Shown here: one piece after another, positions 1 through 10,732 of the stretch | How positions within the stretch are numbered: the stretch's first letter is position 1 | How the letters are laid out: each line of letters opens with the position of its first letter | Notes under the pieces: model-generated | Database searches by the model: none | Seen by the model: only the letters and a program-made list of their open reading frames with translations | What the model was told of the DNA's origin: nothing | NCBI GenBank assembly: GCA_043803945.1 | Contig: JAZDJN010000054.1 | Span: 1-64,000 of the forward strand | DNA length: 64,000 nt | Reading direction: 5' to 3' | DNA from: a bacterium | Lineage (GTDB): Bacteria; Bacteroidota; Ignavibacteria; UBA10030 | Translations under genes and position numbers: made by a program

Positions 1-330
1 AGCGCCGGATGCGGTTTTTGTTGTGCGAATATGAAACATGCTTGAAATCGCTGCTTAGTATGACAATCAATATTAAATTTATCAATTCTAAACCATTTTC
101 GCATATTTTCCATCATGTATTTATCCTTGGACAAGTCGGGAGCCTTTTTTATTTGCTGCAAATCCAAATATTTCCACTCCAAATTGCTACTCTCTGAACG
201 ATGGCCTCCTATAAGGTGTGAATGTATGTGCTATGTGAACATGCGGAGAGAATTTGTACATCCTGTCGGAGTAATGATTTGTACGCCTTCCCAGTTGTTG
301 GATCCAATTGTTAACGGCAATGGATGAATC

Positions 331-1323
331 TCAAAATAGTTTGTTATTTCGATACCAATGAAATGCCTCCTGGATCGCATCATAAATCGGACTGCAAGAA
401 TATCCCAGTTCACTTGCAGCTTTTGTGCAGTTATAGTAGTGGAAGCATCCAGCAGCACGGGCAAGATCTATCGATAACCATGGCTTTCGGTTCATTAGGC
501 GGGCTGTTGTTTCAGAGATATGTCCTGCAGCCATAATGACCGATTGTGGGATCGTAAACAGGGGTTTTATACCGCCAACAATTTCTGCTGTTATTGAAAA
601 TATTCGGGAGTGTGTCATATTTTCTCCCGACAGAATATATCGTTCGCCTACACGGCCATTCCTCGCCGCCTGAAGATGCCCTTTGGCTACATCCTTCACT
701 GAAACCATATTGGTCCCACCAGACGGTGCAAGAAAGAGACGCTTCTTATAGATATCGCGAATGAGCTGGCCTCCATGGAAATGGATGTCCCCCGGACCAA
801 TCACGACCGCTGGGTTTACAATTACTGCCTGTAACCCTTGTTTGATACCGTGATAAATTTCAGCTTCACTGCAGTACTTGGAGAGGCGATAACCGTTATT
901 ATAATGATTGAGATCGAACGTGCAGGTTTCATCAGCCGAATGTCCAAGAGTTGGGTGGCCGAGCGCCGCAACTGAACTCGTATGAACAAATTTTGAGATT
1001 CCTGCTCTGAGGCTTGCCTGAACTAGGTTTCTTGTACCGAGCACGTTGCTGTTAAACATCTTTTCGCGATCAGCAGTATGAAACGATACCACCGCCGCAG
1101 TATGGAATACAATGTCACACCCTTTCAACGCTGGCAGCAAAGAGTCTTGATCAAGGATGTCTCCGTTGAACAATTCCACTTCGAGACCATCAAGAGCGAG
1201 AAGGGAAGAGGAGTGCCGTTTTAAGACTCGAACATGATATCCCTGGCTAAGCAGGAGCTGAGAAAGATTTGAACCGATAAAGCCCGTTCCACCTGTGACA
1301 AGGACAATCATGCACAATGACAA
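331..1323 (-). CDS. NAD-dependent epimerase/dehydratase (extended SDR, dihydroflavonol-reductase/HpnA-like)
   Basis: 330-aa ORF with TGGTGFIG Rossmann motif, HTSSVAALG and YRLSK (YxxxK). Confidence 0.88.
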   Translation of the reverse strand: MSLCMIVLVTGGTGFIGSNLSQLLLSQGYHVRVLKRHSSSLLALDGLEVELFNGDILDQDSLLPALKGCDIVFHTAAVVSFHTADREKMFNSNVLGTRNLVQASLRAGISKFVHTSSVAALGHPTLGHSADETCTFDLNHYNNGYRLSKYCSEAEIYHGIKQGLQAVIVNPAVVIGPGDIHFHGGQLIRDIYKKRLFLAPSGGTNMVSVKDVAKGHLQAARNGRVGERYILSGENMTHSRIFSITAEIVGGIKPLFTIPQSVIMAAGHISETTARLMNRKPWLSIDLARAAGCFHYYNCTKAASELGYSCSPIYDAIQEAFHWYRNNKLF

Positions 1324-1401
1324 TTGAGAGGGTACTATTCGGATGATTGAGATTCTGAATTTGGCTTACCTCTTCACTCAAGGTGTATCAACCGTCTTGG
1401 A

Positions 1402-2199
1402 TTAAGGCACTTCATTGAGGAATTCAACAAGCACTTTGTTGAACTCAATGGGATTTTCAAGATTACTGATGTGTGCTGCATGAGAAATGACCTTGAGTGT
1501 TGATCTCTGAATATGCTCGCGCATTGTTCTTGAGGCAGATACTGGAGTCAGAGTATCATGTTCGCCAACAAGAATGAGTGTGGGAATTGCGATTTGTGAA
1601 AGACCGGCGAGAAGATCCGTTCTGGAGGCAAGCGCAAGTATTGTTCCACAAATCCCCAGAGGGGAATTTGTCTGGATAAGACGAGTAAAGGAATTGACAA
1701 GTGCATCATTCTTTGATTTAGTGTCATCTGAAAATATTGATTGAACGAATTGCTCGGCGAAAACGGATACACCTCTCTCTTTGATCATTTTGAAGGTAGC
1801 GAATCGCTTTACCTTCGTTTCATTGGAATCAGATTCTGCCCTAGTGTTCGAAAGTATCAGAGCATTAAAACGTTCGGGGTATCGTTCCAGCGCGCGCAGT
1901 GCAATATACCCTCCCATGGATAATCCGCACACCGTTGTACGATCAATGACCAGGTGATCGAGAAGTGCAATGAGATCTTCAACGAACAGGTCGATCGTGT
2001 ACTGTCCATCACCGATTTCGCTCAATCCATGCCCGCGAATGTCATAAGTTATAGCCCTGTAATGATTTGGCAGGGCCATCATTTGGGGATCCCACATGGA
2101 ATGGTTGAAAGGAAATCCATGGATGAAGATAATCGGAGATCCTTGTGGCAGACCTCGTTCGGTATAATTGATTGTAAAATTATTCAGTCTGACCTTCAT
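1402..2199 (-). CDS. Alpha/beta fold hydrolase (3-oxoadipate enol-lactonase-like)
   Basis: HGFP oxyanion motif, GLSMGG nucleophile elbow, GEHD and C-terminal catalytic His (AAHISNLE). Confidence 0.88.
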   Translation of the reverse strand: MKVRLNNFTINYTERGLPQGSPIIFIHGFPFNHSMWDPQMMALPNHYRAITYDIRGHGLSEIGDGQYTIDLFVEDLIALLDHLVIDRTTVCGLSMGGYIALRALERYPERFNALILSNTRAESDSNETKVKRFATFKMIKERGVSVFAEQFVQSIFSDDTKSKNDALVNSFTRLIQTNSPLGICGTILALASRTDLLAGLSQIAIPTLILVGEHDTLTPVSASRTMREHIQRSTLKVISHAAHISNLENPIEFNKVLVEFLNEVP

Positions 2200-2243
2200 A
2201 CAATGCCTCTAGTAGAAAATATACAGTTCATTGAATATACTTG

Positions 2244-3398
2244 CTAACACAGTCGTTTAAAAACATTTTGAAGGATATCGATTGCAGCATTTGGCTTTGC
2301 TAGAGTACGAGTCGCCTGTCGTGCCTTCTGTAGAATTGATGGATTTTTAAGAATCCGTGTGAGTTTAAACGACAGGTGAGAAAGATCATTCGCCTGCCAT
2401 CCCGCTCCATATTCAATAATAACTTCAGCATTACGGGTTTCCTGTCCGGGAATCGGATCGACAATAATCATTGGTACACGCTTTGCCATTGCTTCAGCTG
2501 ATGTGAGACCGCCGGATTTTGAAATAATTAAATCTGCAGCATCCATAAGAATATCAATCGTGTCTGTGTAGCCAAAGATTTTGATACAGATATTTGATGG
2601 GTAGGCTTCCTCCTCGAGTGCTCGCATAAGGGTGTTATTTTTTCCACACACGACGAGAAGGTTATAACGGACCGGAGAGAAAGCCTGAAGGGTGGTCACT
2701 ACTTGTTTTGTAATCGATGCAAGACGTCCAGTGCCAAATCCTCCAGAGAGCAGCAGGATCGTAAAGTTCTTGGACAGCAAATCAAAGGACTTCCTTGCTT
2801 GATGCTTCTTCTGCATAGATGTAAAAGCGGGCATCAATGGTATACCAAGCGCAGAAATGGATCCGTTGCTCACACCTTTGGCAGAGAGCTGCCATGCGGA
2901 TTCATCATTATAAACGTAATAATGGTTTACGATCGCGTTAATCCAGAGTTGGTGCACATCGAAATCTGTAGTGATGGAGAAGATTGGAGCATGAATTCCG
3001 GCGTTTCGTATTCTCTCAGCAATGGAAATGTAGGGGAGAAAGTGGGTGCAGAGAATTGCATCCGGTTTCTGCGTCTGGAGATATTTTAGGTAATGAGTAT
3101 AATTTAAATGATCGAAGATGCGTATGGATTGCTGTTTCCTCATCGGTTTCTTCGAGGTTATAGAATACATATACCCCCAGAGCTCCGGCATGTGGTTAAT
3201 TAAATTCAGATAGGATCCGGAATAGAGCTTTTTAAATATTTTTGTTGTGAAATCGAGGCAATCGTAATGTTGGGTGCGAATCGGCAGATCTAAACGCTGA
3301 GCGGTCTGATGCAGCGCTTCACCCGCTCTGAGATGTCCGGCACCACCGGAAGCAGAAAGGATAAGAAAATATTTTAATTTCATAGATCGCTCAGGCAT
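2244..3398 (-). CDS. MGDG synthase/UgtP-like GT28 glycosyltransferase
   Basis: SASGGAGH, THFLP, TDFDVH and KSGGLT...PIPGQE motifs. Start may be 3383. Confidence 0.85.
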   Translation of the reverse strand: MPERSMKLKYFLILSASGGAGHLRAGEALHQTAQRLDLPIRTQHYDCLDFTTKIFKKLYSGSYLNLINHMPELWGYMYSITSKKPMRKQQSIRIFDHLNYTHYLKYLQTQKPDAILCTHFLPYISIAERIRNAGIHAPIFSITTDFDVHQLWINAIVNHYYVYNDESAWQLSAKGVSNGSISALGIPLMPAFTSMQKKHQARKSFDLLSKNFTILLLSGGFGTGRLASITKQVVTTLQAFSPVRYNLLVVCGKNNTLMRALEEEAYPSNICIKIFGYTDTIDILMDAADLIISKSGGLTSAEAMAKRVPMIIVDPIPGQETRNAEVIIEYGAGWQANDLSHLSFKLTRILKNPSILQKARQATRTLAKPNAAIDILQNVFKRLC

Positions 3399-3876
3399 TG
3401 AATATCGATATGTCGTGCAATGGGTATGGGCGTTTTGAATTCTTCAATTCATTCATCTGACAAAGAGTAATGAAAAAGTAATAGAAAAACATCCCGGAAA
3501 TAAGCGCCAATCGAATAAGGAGAATAAAGGGAAATCATTGCTCGATTCGGATTGAGGAATATCCATCTCACTGATCTCTGAAGAGTATTTTAGACTCATC
3601 GAGCAGGATTTCTGAAACTGATAGAGAGCATCGTGACAGGGGAGATCCCTCACGATGGATTTTTAACTGCCCTTGGAATAGTGATGTTAGAAAAATAGTT
3701 CCAATGTTAACGGCGAATACCTCATTTTCAATTGGAGGAATCACCCAATTTCGGCTGAATTTTGTAGAAGGAATTGGAAAAATGAGATAGTTTTTCAAAT
3801 AGTATATTGATAAAATCCTACGAAGCAATATATCAGTGCATTTGTGCAATCAGACCAAAAAGTAGTATATTTGCTC

Positions 3877-3961
3877 AGCCCGCTTATAGTCCTACCTTGA
3901 GCGGGTTTCATAACAACCTCCCTGGCCCCGACGCTTACGGTGCGCGTCGGGGTATTTTTTT
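3877..3961 (+). ncRNA. Candidate small RNA: hairpin, C-rich linker, intrinsic terminator
   Basis: Stem 3877-3886/3898-3907, linker TCATAACAACCTCCCTG, GC-rich stem 3925-3934/3944-3953 followed by T7. Lies on + between two minus-strand genes, with a TATATT -10-like box at 3866-3871. Confidence 0.55.
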
Positions 3962-4063
3962 ATACCGGATAGGTTTAATCTAGGTGTCATCAACTCACGT
4001 TTGATTTTCCACAATTGAAGCTTGATTCTGGCCAAGTTCAGCTATTACTGCTCATTGGAGCGC

Positions 4064-4672
4064 TTATTCGAACAAGTCTTGTACCTCTTCCATGCTCAAT
4101 CTATGAAAATAACCTGGTAGTAAGGAATCAAGGGCTAGATTGCCAATTTTTACTCTGATCAGTCTCACGCATGGATGGTTAATAGCTGCCATCATTCGTC
4201 GTACTTGATGATTTCTCCCCTCCTTGAGTGTGAGTTCAATCCATGATGTTGGAACATTTTTTCGAAAACGAATCGGCTTTGTACGAGGTGGAACCATAGG
4301 CTCTTCATTTAGAAGCCTGGCGATAGAAGGTCTTGTCTTTATTCCATGTAGAACCAAGCCATCCATAAGTTGATTTAGGGCAGATTCGGAAGGAATTCGT
4401 TCCACTTGAGCGAGATATGTCCGAGGGTGTTCAAATTTTGGATCGAGAAGAGTATGTTTGATACGATTATCATTCGTTAAAATGAGCAACCCTTCGCTCT
4501 CAGCATCAAGTCGTCCTACCGGATAGATATCATTCTGGAAAGGGCCAAAACTTTTTAAGGTGAGCCTATCTCCCGCAGGAGAGAATTGTGAGAGAACACC
4601 ATAGGGCTTATTGAAAATGAAAACGAGCGGCGTAGGGGAGTGAGAACGGTTATTTTTATTTTTAAGGGACAT
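4064..4672 (-). CDS. rRNA pseudouridine synthase (RsuA/RluE family)
   Basis: FNKPYGV, VGRLDAESEGLLILTND (catalytic Asp) and EGRNHQVRRM. Confidence 0.92.
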   Translation of the reverse strand: MSLKNKNNRSHSPTPLVFIFNKPYGVLSQFSPAGDRLTLKSFGPFQNDIYPVGRLDAESEGLLILTNDNRIKHTLLDPKFEHPRTYLAQVERIPSESALNQLMDGLVLHGIKTRPSIARLLNEEPMVPPRTKPIRFRKNVPTSWIELTLKEGRNHQVRRMMAAINHPCVRLIRVKIGNLALDSLLPGYFHRLSMEEVQDLFE

Positions 4673-4675
4673 GAT

Positions 4676-4711
4676 AAAAAACAACCCTCATAAATAGTGA
4701 GGGTCGTTGTA
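4676..4711 (-). terminator. Intrinsic terminator after clpC
   Basis: Minus-strand hairpin ACCCTCA-loop-TGAGGGT followed by a T run, just past the clpC stop. Confidence 0.6.
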
Positions 4712-4733
4712 GGAAAACGAGCAATACTCCTTA

Positions 4734-7235
4734 TTAGGAAATACCTGCCACGGTTTCATCTCTCTCTTTGATCTCCTTGTCAGGAATATTTTTTGAGCTA
4801 CATGGAAAAATCAATTCGCCGATCTCCTGGTTGAATTCGATGATCACCTCATTCCCCTGCTGAAAGGTTCCTTTCAGGATTTCTTCGGCTAAAGGATCTT
4901 CCACATATTTCTGGATGGCTCGCTTCAATGGCCGTGCACCAAACGCGGGATCAAAGCCTTTATCCGCTAAAAACTCTCTTGCACTTTGCGACAATGTGAC
5001 ATCAATTCCCATTGAAATAATGCGCTTCGATAAATCTCGAAATGTAATTTCGATGATCTTTAAAATATGTTCGCGTTCGAGGTTATGAAAGACGATAGAA
5101 TCATCGACTCTGTTGAGGAACTCGGGAGAAAACACCCGTTTGAGTGCATCCTCGATGTTGCCTTTCATGGTGGAATACTTATCCGCATGAGTCTGTGTGC
5201 CAAATCCAAGTCCACCTGTAACTTTTATATCCCTCGTTCCGATGTTCGAGGTCATAATGAGGATGGTATTTTTAAAATCGACTCGCCTTCCCAAACTGTC
5301 TGTTAAAATACCATCATCCAATACCTGTAAAAGAATATTAAACACATCTGGATGTGCTTTCTCTATCTCATCGAGCAGGACAACGGAGTACGGTTTTCGC
5401 CGAACCTTTTCCGTTAATTGACCGCCTTCTTCATAGCCGACGTATCCTGGGGGAGCTCCGACAAGTCGAGAGACGGAAAATTTCTCCATATACTCGCTCA
5501 TATCGATTCGAATGAGAGACTCTTCAGAATCAAAGAGGTATCGTGCCAGAACCTTTGCCATCTCGGTTTTTCCGACTCCTGTGGGACCAAGGAAAATAAA
5601 GGAACCGATCGGCCGCCGCGGATCTTTTAATCCGGCGCGGGTTCTGCGAATCGCCCGCGTGAGTTTATTGATGGCCTCTTCCTGACCAATGATAGATTCC
5701 CGTAATGCTTCATCCATCTTGAGTAATTTTGCCGATTCGCTCTTTGCGACACGATTTACTGGTATGCCGGTCATCATAGAAACGACTTCAGCACAATTCT
5801 CTTCACTGACATCATAGATGGTATCACGTGATTTTAATTCCCACTCGCGCTTGGCGATCTCCAGGTCGCTGAATAATTTCTTTTCTAGATCACGAAGTCT
5901 TGCTGCCTCCTCAAAATTCTGGTTCTTCACAACCTGGTTCTTTGCCTGTTTGATTTTCTCGATCTCTTCCTCGACATGGAGTATTTCCTTTGGTACGATA
6001 ATATTAGCCAAATGAACCCTCGATCCCGCCTCGTCCATGACGTCGATAGCTTTGTCAGGTAAGTACCGGTCGGTGATGTATCGATCGCTCAATCTGACTG
6101 CAGCTTCAATTGCTTTTTCGGAGTAACTAACCCCATGATGTTCTTCGTACTTATGTTTGATATTTTGAAGAATTTGAATTGTCTCATCAACGGTCGTCGG
6201 ATCGATCATTATTTTCTGGAAGCGACGGTCTAATGCACCATCTTTTTCGATATATTGACGATATTCGTCGAGCGTCGTAGCACCAATACACTGTAATTCA
6301 CCGCGGGCCAATGCCGGTTTGAACATATTTGAAGCATCGAGCGACCCACTGGCACCACCTGCACCAACAATCGTATGGAGTTCGTCGATGAACAAAATTA
6401 CGTCTTTCGCCTTCTCGAGCTCGTTCATTACCGCTTTCATTCTTTCTTCGAATTGACCCCGGTATTTGGTACCAGCGACCAGAGCTGCCAAGTCCAGCGT
6501 CACAACACGCTTATCATGAAGAATCCTTGACACCTTCTTTTGGACAATTCGGAGAGCTAAGCCCTCGGCAATCGCTGATTTTCCAACGCCGGGTTCCCCG
6601 ATCAACACTGGATTATTTTTCTTCCTCCGACTGAGAACCTGTGCAACTCTCTCAATTTCTTTTTCTCTCCCGACGATAGGATCGAGTTTATCTTCGACTG
6701 CAAGCTTTGTAAGATCTCGCCCAAAGTTGTCGAGAACTGGAGTCTTTGATTTATCCTGTTTTTTCTCGACTTGATGAGGTGCCGGGGGAGTGGAGGGCTT
6801 CCCGGAGATAATATTATCCAATTCGTTCCGGACAACATCATAATGAACGTTAAATTGATGGAGAATTTGAGCAGCAATATTATCATCATCCCTAAGAAGG
6901 GAAAGCAATAAATGCTCGGTCCCAATCACATCTGACTTGTAAAGCTTAGCCTCCAGGTAGGTGATTTTTAAGACCTTCTCCGCTTGTTTCGTTAACGGGA
7001 TATTTCCAATCGTCAGCGTACCGCCAGATGTTCTGACTGTATCTTCAATTGCTTTTTTGAGTTTATAGAGGTCGACTCCAAGGTTTCGAAGGATCTTAAC
7101 GGCAATACCTTCTCCTTCACGAATGATCCCTAGGAGTAAATGTTCTGTGCCAATATAATCATGGCCAAGTCGCAGGGCTTCCTCGCGACTCAACCGGATC
7201 ACATCCTGAACTCTATTTGAAAAATTACCTTCCAT
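4734..7235 (-). CDS. clpC: ATP-dependent Clp protease ATP-binding subunit ClpC
   Basis: Two Clp-N repeats (HDYIGTEH), two AAA+ modules (GEPGVGKS, GPTGVGKT), UVR coiled coil, LGF ClpP-docking loop. Confidence 0.96.
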   Translation of the reverse strand: MEGNFSNRVQDVIRLSREEALRLGHDYIGTEHLLLGIIREGEGIAVKILRNLGVDLYKLKKAIEDTVRTSGGTLTIGNIPLTKQAEKVLKITYLEAKLYKSDVIGTEHLLLSLLRDDDNIAAQILHQFNVHYDVVRNELDNIISGKPSTPPAPHQVEKKQDKSKTPVLDNFGRDLTKLAVEDKLDPIVGREKEIERVAQVLSRRKKNNPVLIGEPGVGKSAIAEGLALRIVQKKVSRILHDKRVVTLDLAALVAGTKYRGQFEERMKAVMNELEKAKDVILFIDELHTIVGAGGASGSLDASNMFKPALARGELQCIGATTLDEYRQYIEKDGALDRRFQKIMIDPTTVDETIQILQNIKHKYEEHHGVSYSEKAIEAAVRLSDRYITDRYLPDKAIDVMDEAGSRVHLANIIVPKEILHVEEEIEKIKQAKNQVVKNQNFEEAARLRDLEKKLFSDLEIAKREWELKSRDTIYDVSEENCAEVVSMMTGIPVNRVAKSESAKLLKMDEALRESIIGQEEAINKLTRAIRRTRAGLKDPRRPIGSFIFLGPTGVGKTEMAKVLARYLFDSEESLIRIDMSEYMEKFSVSRLVGAPPGYVGYEEGGQLTEKVRRKPYSVVLLDEIEKAHPDVFNILLQVLDDGILTDSLGRRVDFKNTILIMTSNIGTRDIKVTGGLGFGTQTHADKYSTMKGNIEDALKRVFSPEFLNRVDDSIVFHNLEREHILKIIEITFRDLSKRIISMGIDVTLSQSAREFLADKGFDPAFGARPLKRAIQKYVEDPLAEEILKGTFQQGNEVIIEFNQEIGELIFPCSSKNIPDKEIKERDETVAGIS

Positions 7236-7489
7236 GAAATTCTCACTTCCTCTGGATTACTATTGAACTTTCTCTACTTACTAAACGTCAAAGTTCATAG
7301 ATAAGTTTCCATTGTGAATATAGATAAAATTGGAAGTGCTGTCAAGGTGAGCGGTTTGCACCGACAACTGTCGTGTTGCTTTAACTTGGCCTTAAGAACT
7401 TCATAGAATTGAGTTAATAGTGCTCTTTGACTTTCTGGCTAAAAAAAGTTACATTTTTCAAGCTTTTCAATGAAACCAGGAAAATTCTC

Positions 7490-8335
7490 TTGCCATTAGA
7501 AAGAACCATCGGGCACGATAAAAAACTACAGGAACGCCTCATTGAAAACGGCGAGATCCCTTCCCATATTGCCATTATTATGGATGGGAATGGTCGCTGG
7601 GCAAAAAAACGAGGACTTCCTAGGATTGCAGGTCATCGCGAAGGAGTTAATTCAGTCCGTGATATCATCGAGGCATGTGGGCAGCTCGGAGTAAAATATC
7701 TTACCCTATTTGCATTTTCTACAGAAAACTGGAAGCGCCCCAAGGATGAAGTATCTCTCCTGATGCGATTGCTGTTGAAGGCATTAAAAGACGAAAAAGA
7801 TCGATTACATCAGAATGAAGTTCACTTGAAAGCGATAGGCGAACTGTCATCCCTCCCTCAAGATGTTCAGGATGAATTGCTGGACGGTATCGAAGTGATG
7901 AAGCGTAATACGGGTCTGACCCTCATCTTAGCGCTTAGTTACAGCGGACGCTGGGATCTGGTACGTGCAGTCTCAAAAATTGCGCATGATATCCAATCCG
8001 GCCTTCTTCAGCAGGATGCTATCTCTGAAGATTTGATTTCCCATTATTTATCGACAAAAGATTATCCTGATCCCGATCTTGTTATCCGGACAAGCGGGGA
8101 ACTCAGAATCAGCAATTTTCTGCTCTGGCAGATTGCATATTCAGAAATTGTCATTTCAAAGGAGTGTTGGCCTGAATTCAGGCGCAAGGAGCTTTATCAG
8201 GCGATCACAGATTTCCAAAAGCGAGAGCGTCGGTTTGGTATGGTGAGTGAACAACTACCAAAAGAGATGCAGATCTATAGAAAGCCTCAGATCAGAGGTG
8301 TTGAAAGGTTCCTAAAAAGTGTCACAAAACTCTAA
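7490..8335 (+). CDS. uppS: Undecaprenyl diphosphate synthase
   Basis: HIAIIMDGNGRWA, FSTENWKRP and IRTSGELRISNFLLWQ. TTG start at 7490 chosen for an upstream AGGA; the open frame begins at 7427. Confidence 0.95.
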   Translation: MPLERTIGHDKKLQERLIENGEIPSHIAIIMDGNGRWAKKRGLPRIAGHREGVNSVRDIIEACGQLGVKYLTLFAFSTENWKRPKDEVSLLMRLLLKALKDEKDRLHQNEVHLKAIGELSSLPQDVQDELLDGIEVMKRNTGLTLILALSYSGRWDLVRAVSKIAHDIQSGLLQQDAISEDLISHYLSTKDYPDPDLVIRTSGELRISNFLLWQIAYSEIVISKECWPEFRRKELYQAITDFQKRERRFGMVSEQLPKEMQIYRKPQIRGVERFLKSVTKL

Positions 8336-10685
8336 GTTTTATTCCCTGATTCTTCTTTTCCTTGTTGCTGAAATTAGCATTTCACAGCAGAAAACCGAGG
8401 TTCTTAAAATACTGGGTATCTCGGTTGATGGTCAACGAACGGCAGACCCTGCTGCGATTGTGGCAAATACCGGTCTGAAAATCGGAGATGAACTTTCGCC
8501 TCAAGGAGATCAAACAAAAATTGCCATCGATCGTCTCTACGGACTTCGGCTATTCGAAGATATTCAGCTCCTTATCGAAAACCGAACCCCTCAAGGCATC
8601 TATCTGTTAATTCGTGTGAAAGAAAATCCGCGATTGGACACAATTGAGGTCGTTGGAAACGATGAATTGAGTACAGAAGACATCGAAAAGAAAATCAATT
8701 TGATTCGTGGACAGTTAGTCACGAAACAGGATCTTTCCACAATTAAAAGGATTCTGAGGCAGAAATATGATGAGGACGGATTCCTCAACGCTGTCATTGA
8801 ACCCCGTCTGGTGCCCACTATTGATACGACACACCGTCGGGTAAAGCTGGTGATTCAACTTGATGAAGGCCAGAAAGTAAAAATTGATAAGATTCGATTT
8901 TTTGGAAATAAGACGTTCGAGGATTCCGATTTAAAAGGGGAGATGAAAGAAACAAACGAACGCGTTTGGTGGCAGTTTTGGTCTACCAATAAATTTGATA
9001 AGAAGAAATACGAGGAGGATAAACAACTCCTCCTCAATTTCTATCGAAAAAACGGTTACCGGGATGCTGATATTATCGCTGATTCGATTCATATAGATGA
9101 GACCAAACATTTTTTGAATATCGATCTGTACGTTTACGAAGGTCCGCAATATAAAGTCCGGAATATCATTTGGGATGGTAATAGCATTTATAAGGTTGAT
9201 GCACTCAATGCTCGGTTAGGAATGAATCCGGGCGAGGTCTATGATGCAGAAAAATTTGAAAAGAATCTCCGCCGCAATGAGGATGAGAATGACGTAACCT
9301 CACTTTACATGAACGAAGGCTATCTGATGTTTCAGGTAGTCCCTGAGGAGATGCGGGTTGGAGTAGACAGCCTTGATCTGGTCCTGCACATTCGTGAGGG
9401 AAATCAGTTTCGTATCGGAAGGGTTCTCGTCACCGGCAATACTAAGACGTACGAGAAAGTGATTCGCCGGGAGTTGTTTACCCGACCGGGAGATTTCTTT
9501 AGCCGCCAGGCGATTATTCGTAGTGCCCGCCAACTTTCTCAGTTGAATTATTTTAACCCGGAAAAAATTCGGCCGGATGTTCGTGAAACAAATGAGAAAA
9601 AGGGTACAGTCGACCTTGAATATGCAGTCGAGGAAAAATCGAGCGATACATTCAATATGTCAGTGGGGTACAGCGGCTACTGGGGATTTAATGGAGGTGT
9701 CGGTCTCGCTTTCAATAATTTTTCTTTGTCTGAACCCTTTCGAGGCGGTGCGGGGCAGGTGCTGACTTTTGATTGGCAATTCGGCGAGGGATATCGGTAT
9801 CGCACGTTCTCAATTGGATTCCAAGAACCATGGATGCTCGATACCCCAACATTATTCGGTGTTAATGTTTTTGATACGCGACAGGTTTTTGGATGGGACC
9901 TTCGGGTCACTGGAGCTTCCCTGAGAGTTGGACGCCGATTCCGTTGGCCGGATATATTTTTCCGAGGTGATTGGACTTTACGGTTTCAGCGCTCCGATGT
10001 CGTGAATGGCGGAGGATACTATCCAGAAGGAAGAACCACACAGTTTACCATCGGTCAGTCCATTTCGCGGAATAGCACGGACAGTCCAATATTTCCAACG
10101 CAGGGCTCGAACGTATCACTGCTAACGGAAATTTCCGGCGGCCCGACAATTCTAGGCTATCCCTCGTCGAAATATCATAAGCATGTCTTCACTGCTGATT
10201 GGTATATCCCTCTCTTCGGTACTCAACGTCTGGCTTTTGCGACGAACAATATGGTTGGACTTATTTTTGAGTATGGCAAGAATACGAGCCTGCCTTACCA
10301 GGAATTGTTCTATATGGGTGGAACAGGATTGGGATACTTCAATACGACGCCGCTCAGAGGATATGAAGATCGTTCTGTAGGTCCCAATAATGGTTATAAT
10401 GGCGGCAAAGCTATCTTGAAATATAACGCTGAGCTTCGATTTGCATTATCGATTCATCCGATCCCAATTTATATGTCTGCGTTTGCTGAAGCAGGCAATG
10501 TATGGCTCGACCCGAAGTATATGGATCCCTATGACCTCAAGAGGTCTGCGGGTGTCGGGGTCCGGCTGCTCATTAATCCGATCGGTTTGATTGGATTCGA
10601 TTACGGGTATGGCTTCGATGGACAGAAAATCGGTGTTGCTGGCCCCGGATGGAAATTCCATCTGCAATTCGGTCGGGGATTCTAA
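8319..10685 (+). CDS. bamA: Outer membrane protein assembly factor BamA
   Basis: POTRA repeats, LRGYED motif, C-terminal aromatic beta-signal (FHLQFGRGF), and operon context. Confidence 0.95.
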   Translation: MSQNSKFYSLILLFLVAEISISQQKTEVLKILGISVDGQRTADPAAIVANTGLKIGDELSPQGDQTKIAIDRLYGLRLFEDIQLLIENRTPQGIYLLIRVKENPRLDTIEVVGNDELSTEDIEKKINLIRGQLVTKQDLSTIKRILRQKYDEDGFLNAVIEPRLVPTIDTTHRRVKLVIQLDEGQKVKIDKIRFFGNKTFEDSDLKGEMKETNERVWWQFWSTNKFDKKKYEEDKQLLLNFYRKNGYRDADIIADSIHIDETKHFLNIDLYVYEGPQYKVRNIIWDGNSIYKVDALNARLGMNPGEVYDAEKFEKNLRRNEDENDVTSLYMNEGYLMFQVVPEEMRVGVDSLDLVLHIREGNQFRIGRVLVTGNTKTYEKVIRRELFTRPGDFFSRQAIIRSARQLSQLNYFNPEKIRPDVRETNEKKGTVDLEYAVEEKSSDTFNMSVGYSGYWGFNGGVGLAFNNFSLSEPFRGGAGQVLTFDWQFGEGYRYRTFSIGFQEPWMLDTPTLFGVNVFDTRQVFGWDLRVTGASLRVGRRFRWPDIFFRGDWTLRFQRSDVVNGGGYYPEGRTTQFTIGQSISRNSTDSPIFPTQGSNVSLLTEISGGPTILGYPSSKYHKHVFTADWYIPLFGTQRLAFATNNMVGLIFEYGKNTSLPYQELFYMGGTGLGYFNTTPLRGYEDRSVGPNNGYNGGKAILKYNAELRFALSIHPIPIYMSAFAEAGNVWLDPKYMDPYDLKRSAGVGVRLLINPIGLIGFDYGYGFDGQKIGVAGPGWKFHLQFGRGF

Positions 10686-10732
10686 TTTTTTTTAGGTCAA
10701 TCTATTCTATCAACATTCTATCCGAGGTTAAC

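Noticed and set aside
9-327. Short ORFs at the window start
   Set aside because: No recognisable motif or RBS; likely intergenic.
3453-3849. Short ORFs between the glycosyltransferase and the sRNA candidate
   Set aside because: No motif or RBS, and AT-rich intergenic character.
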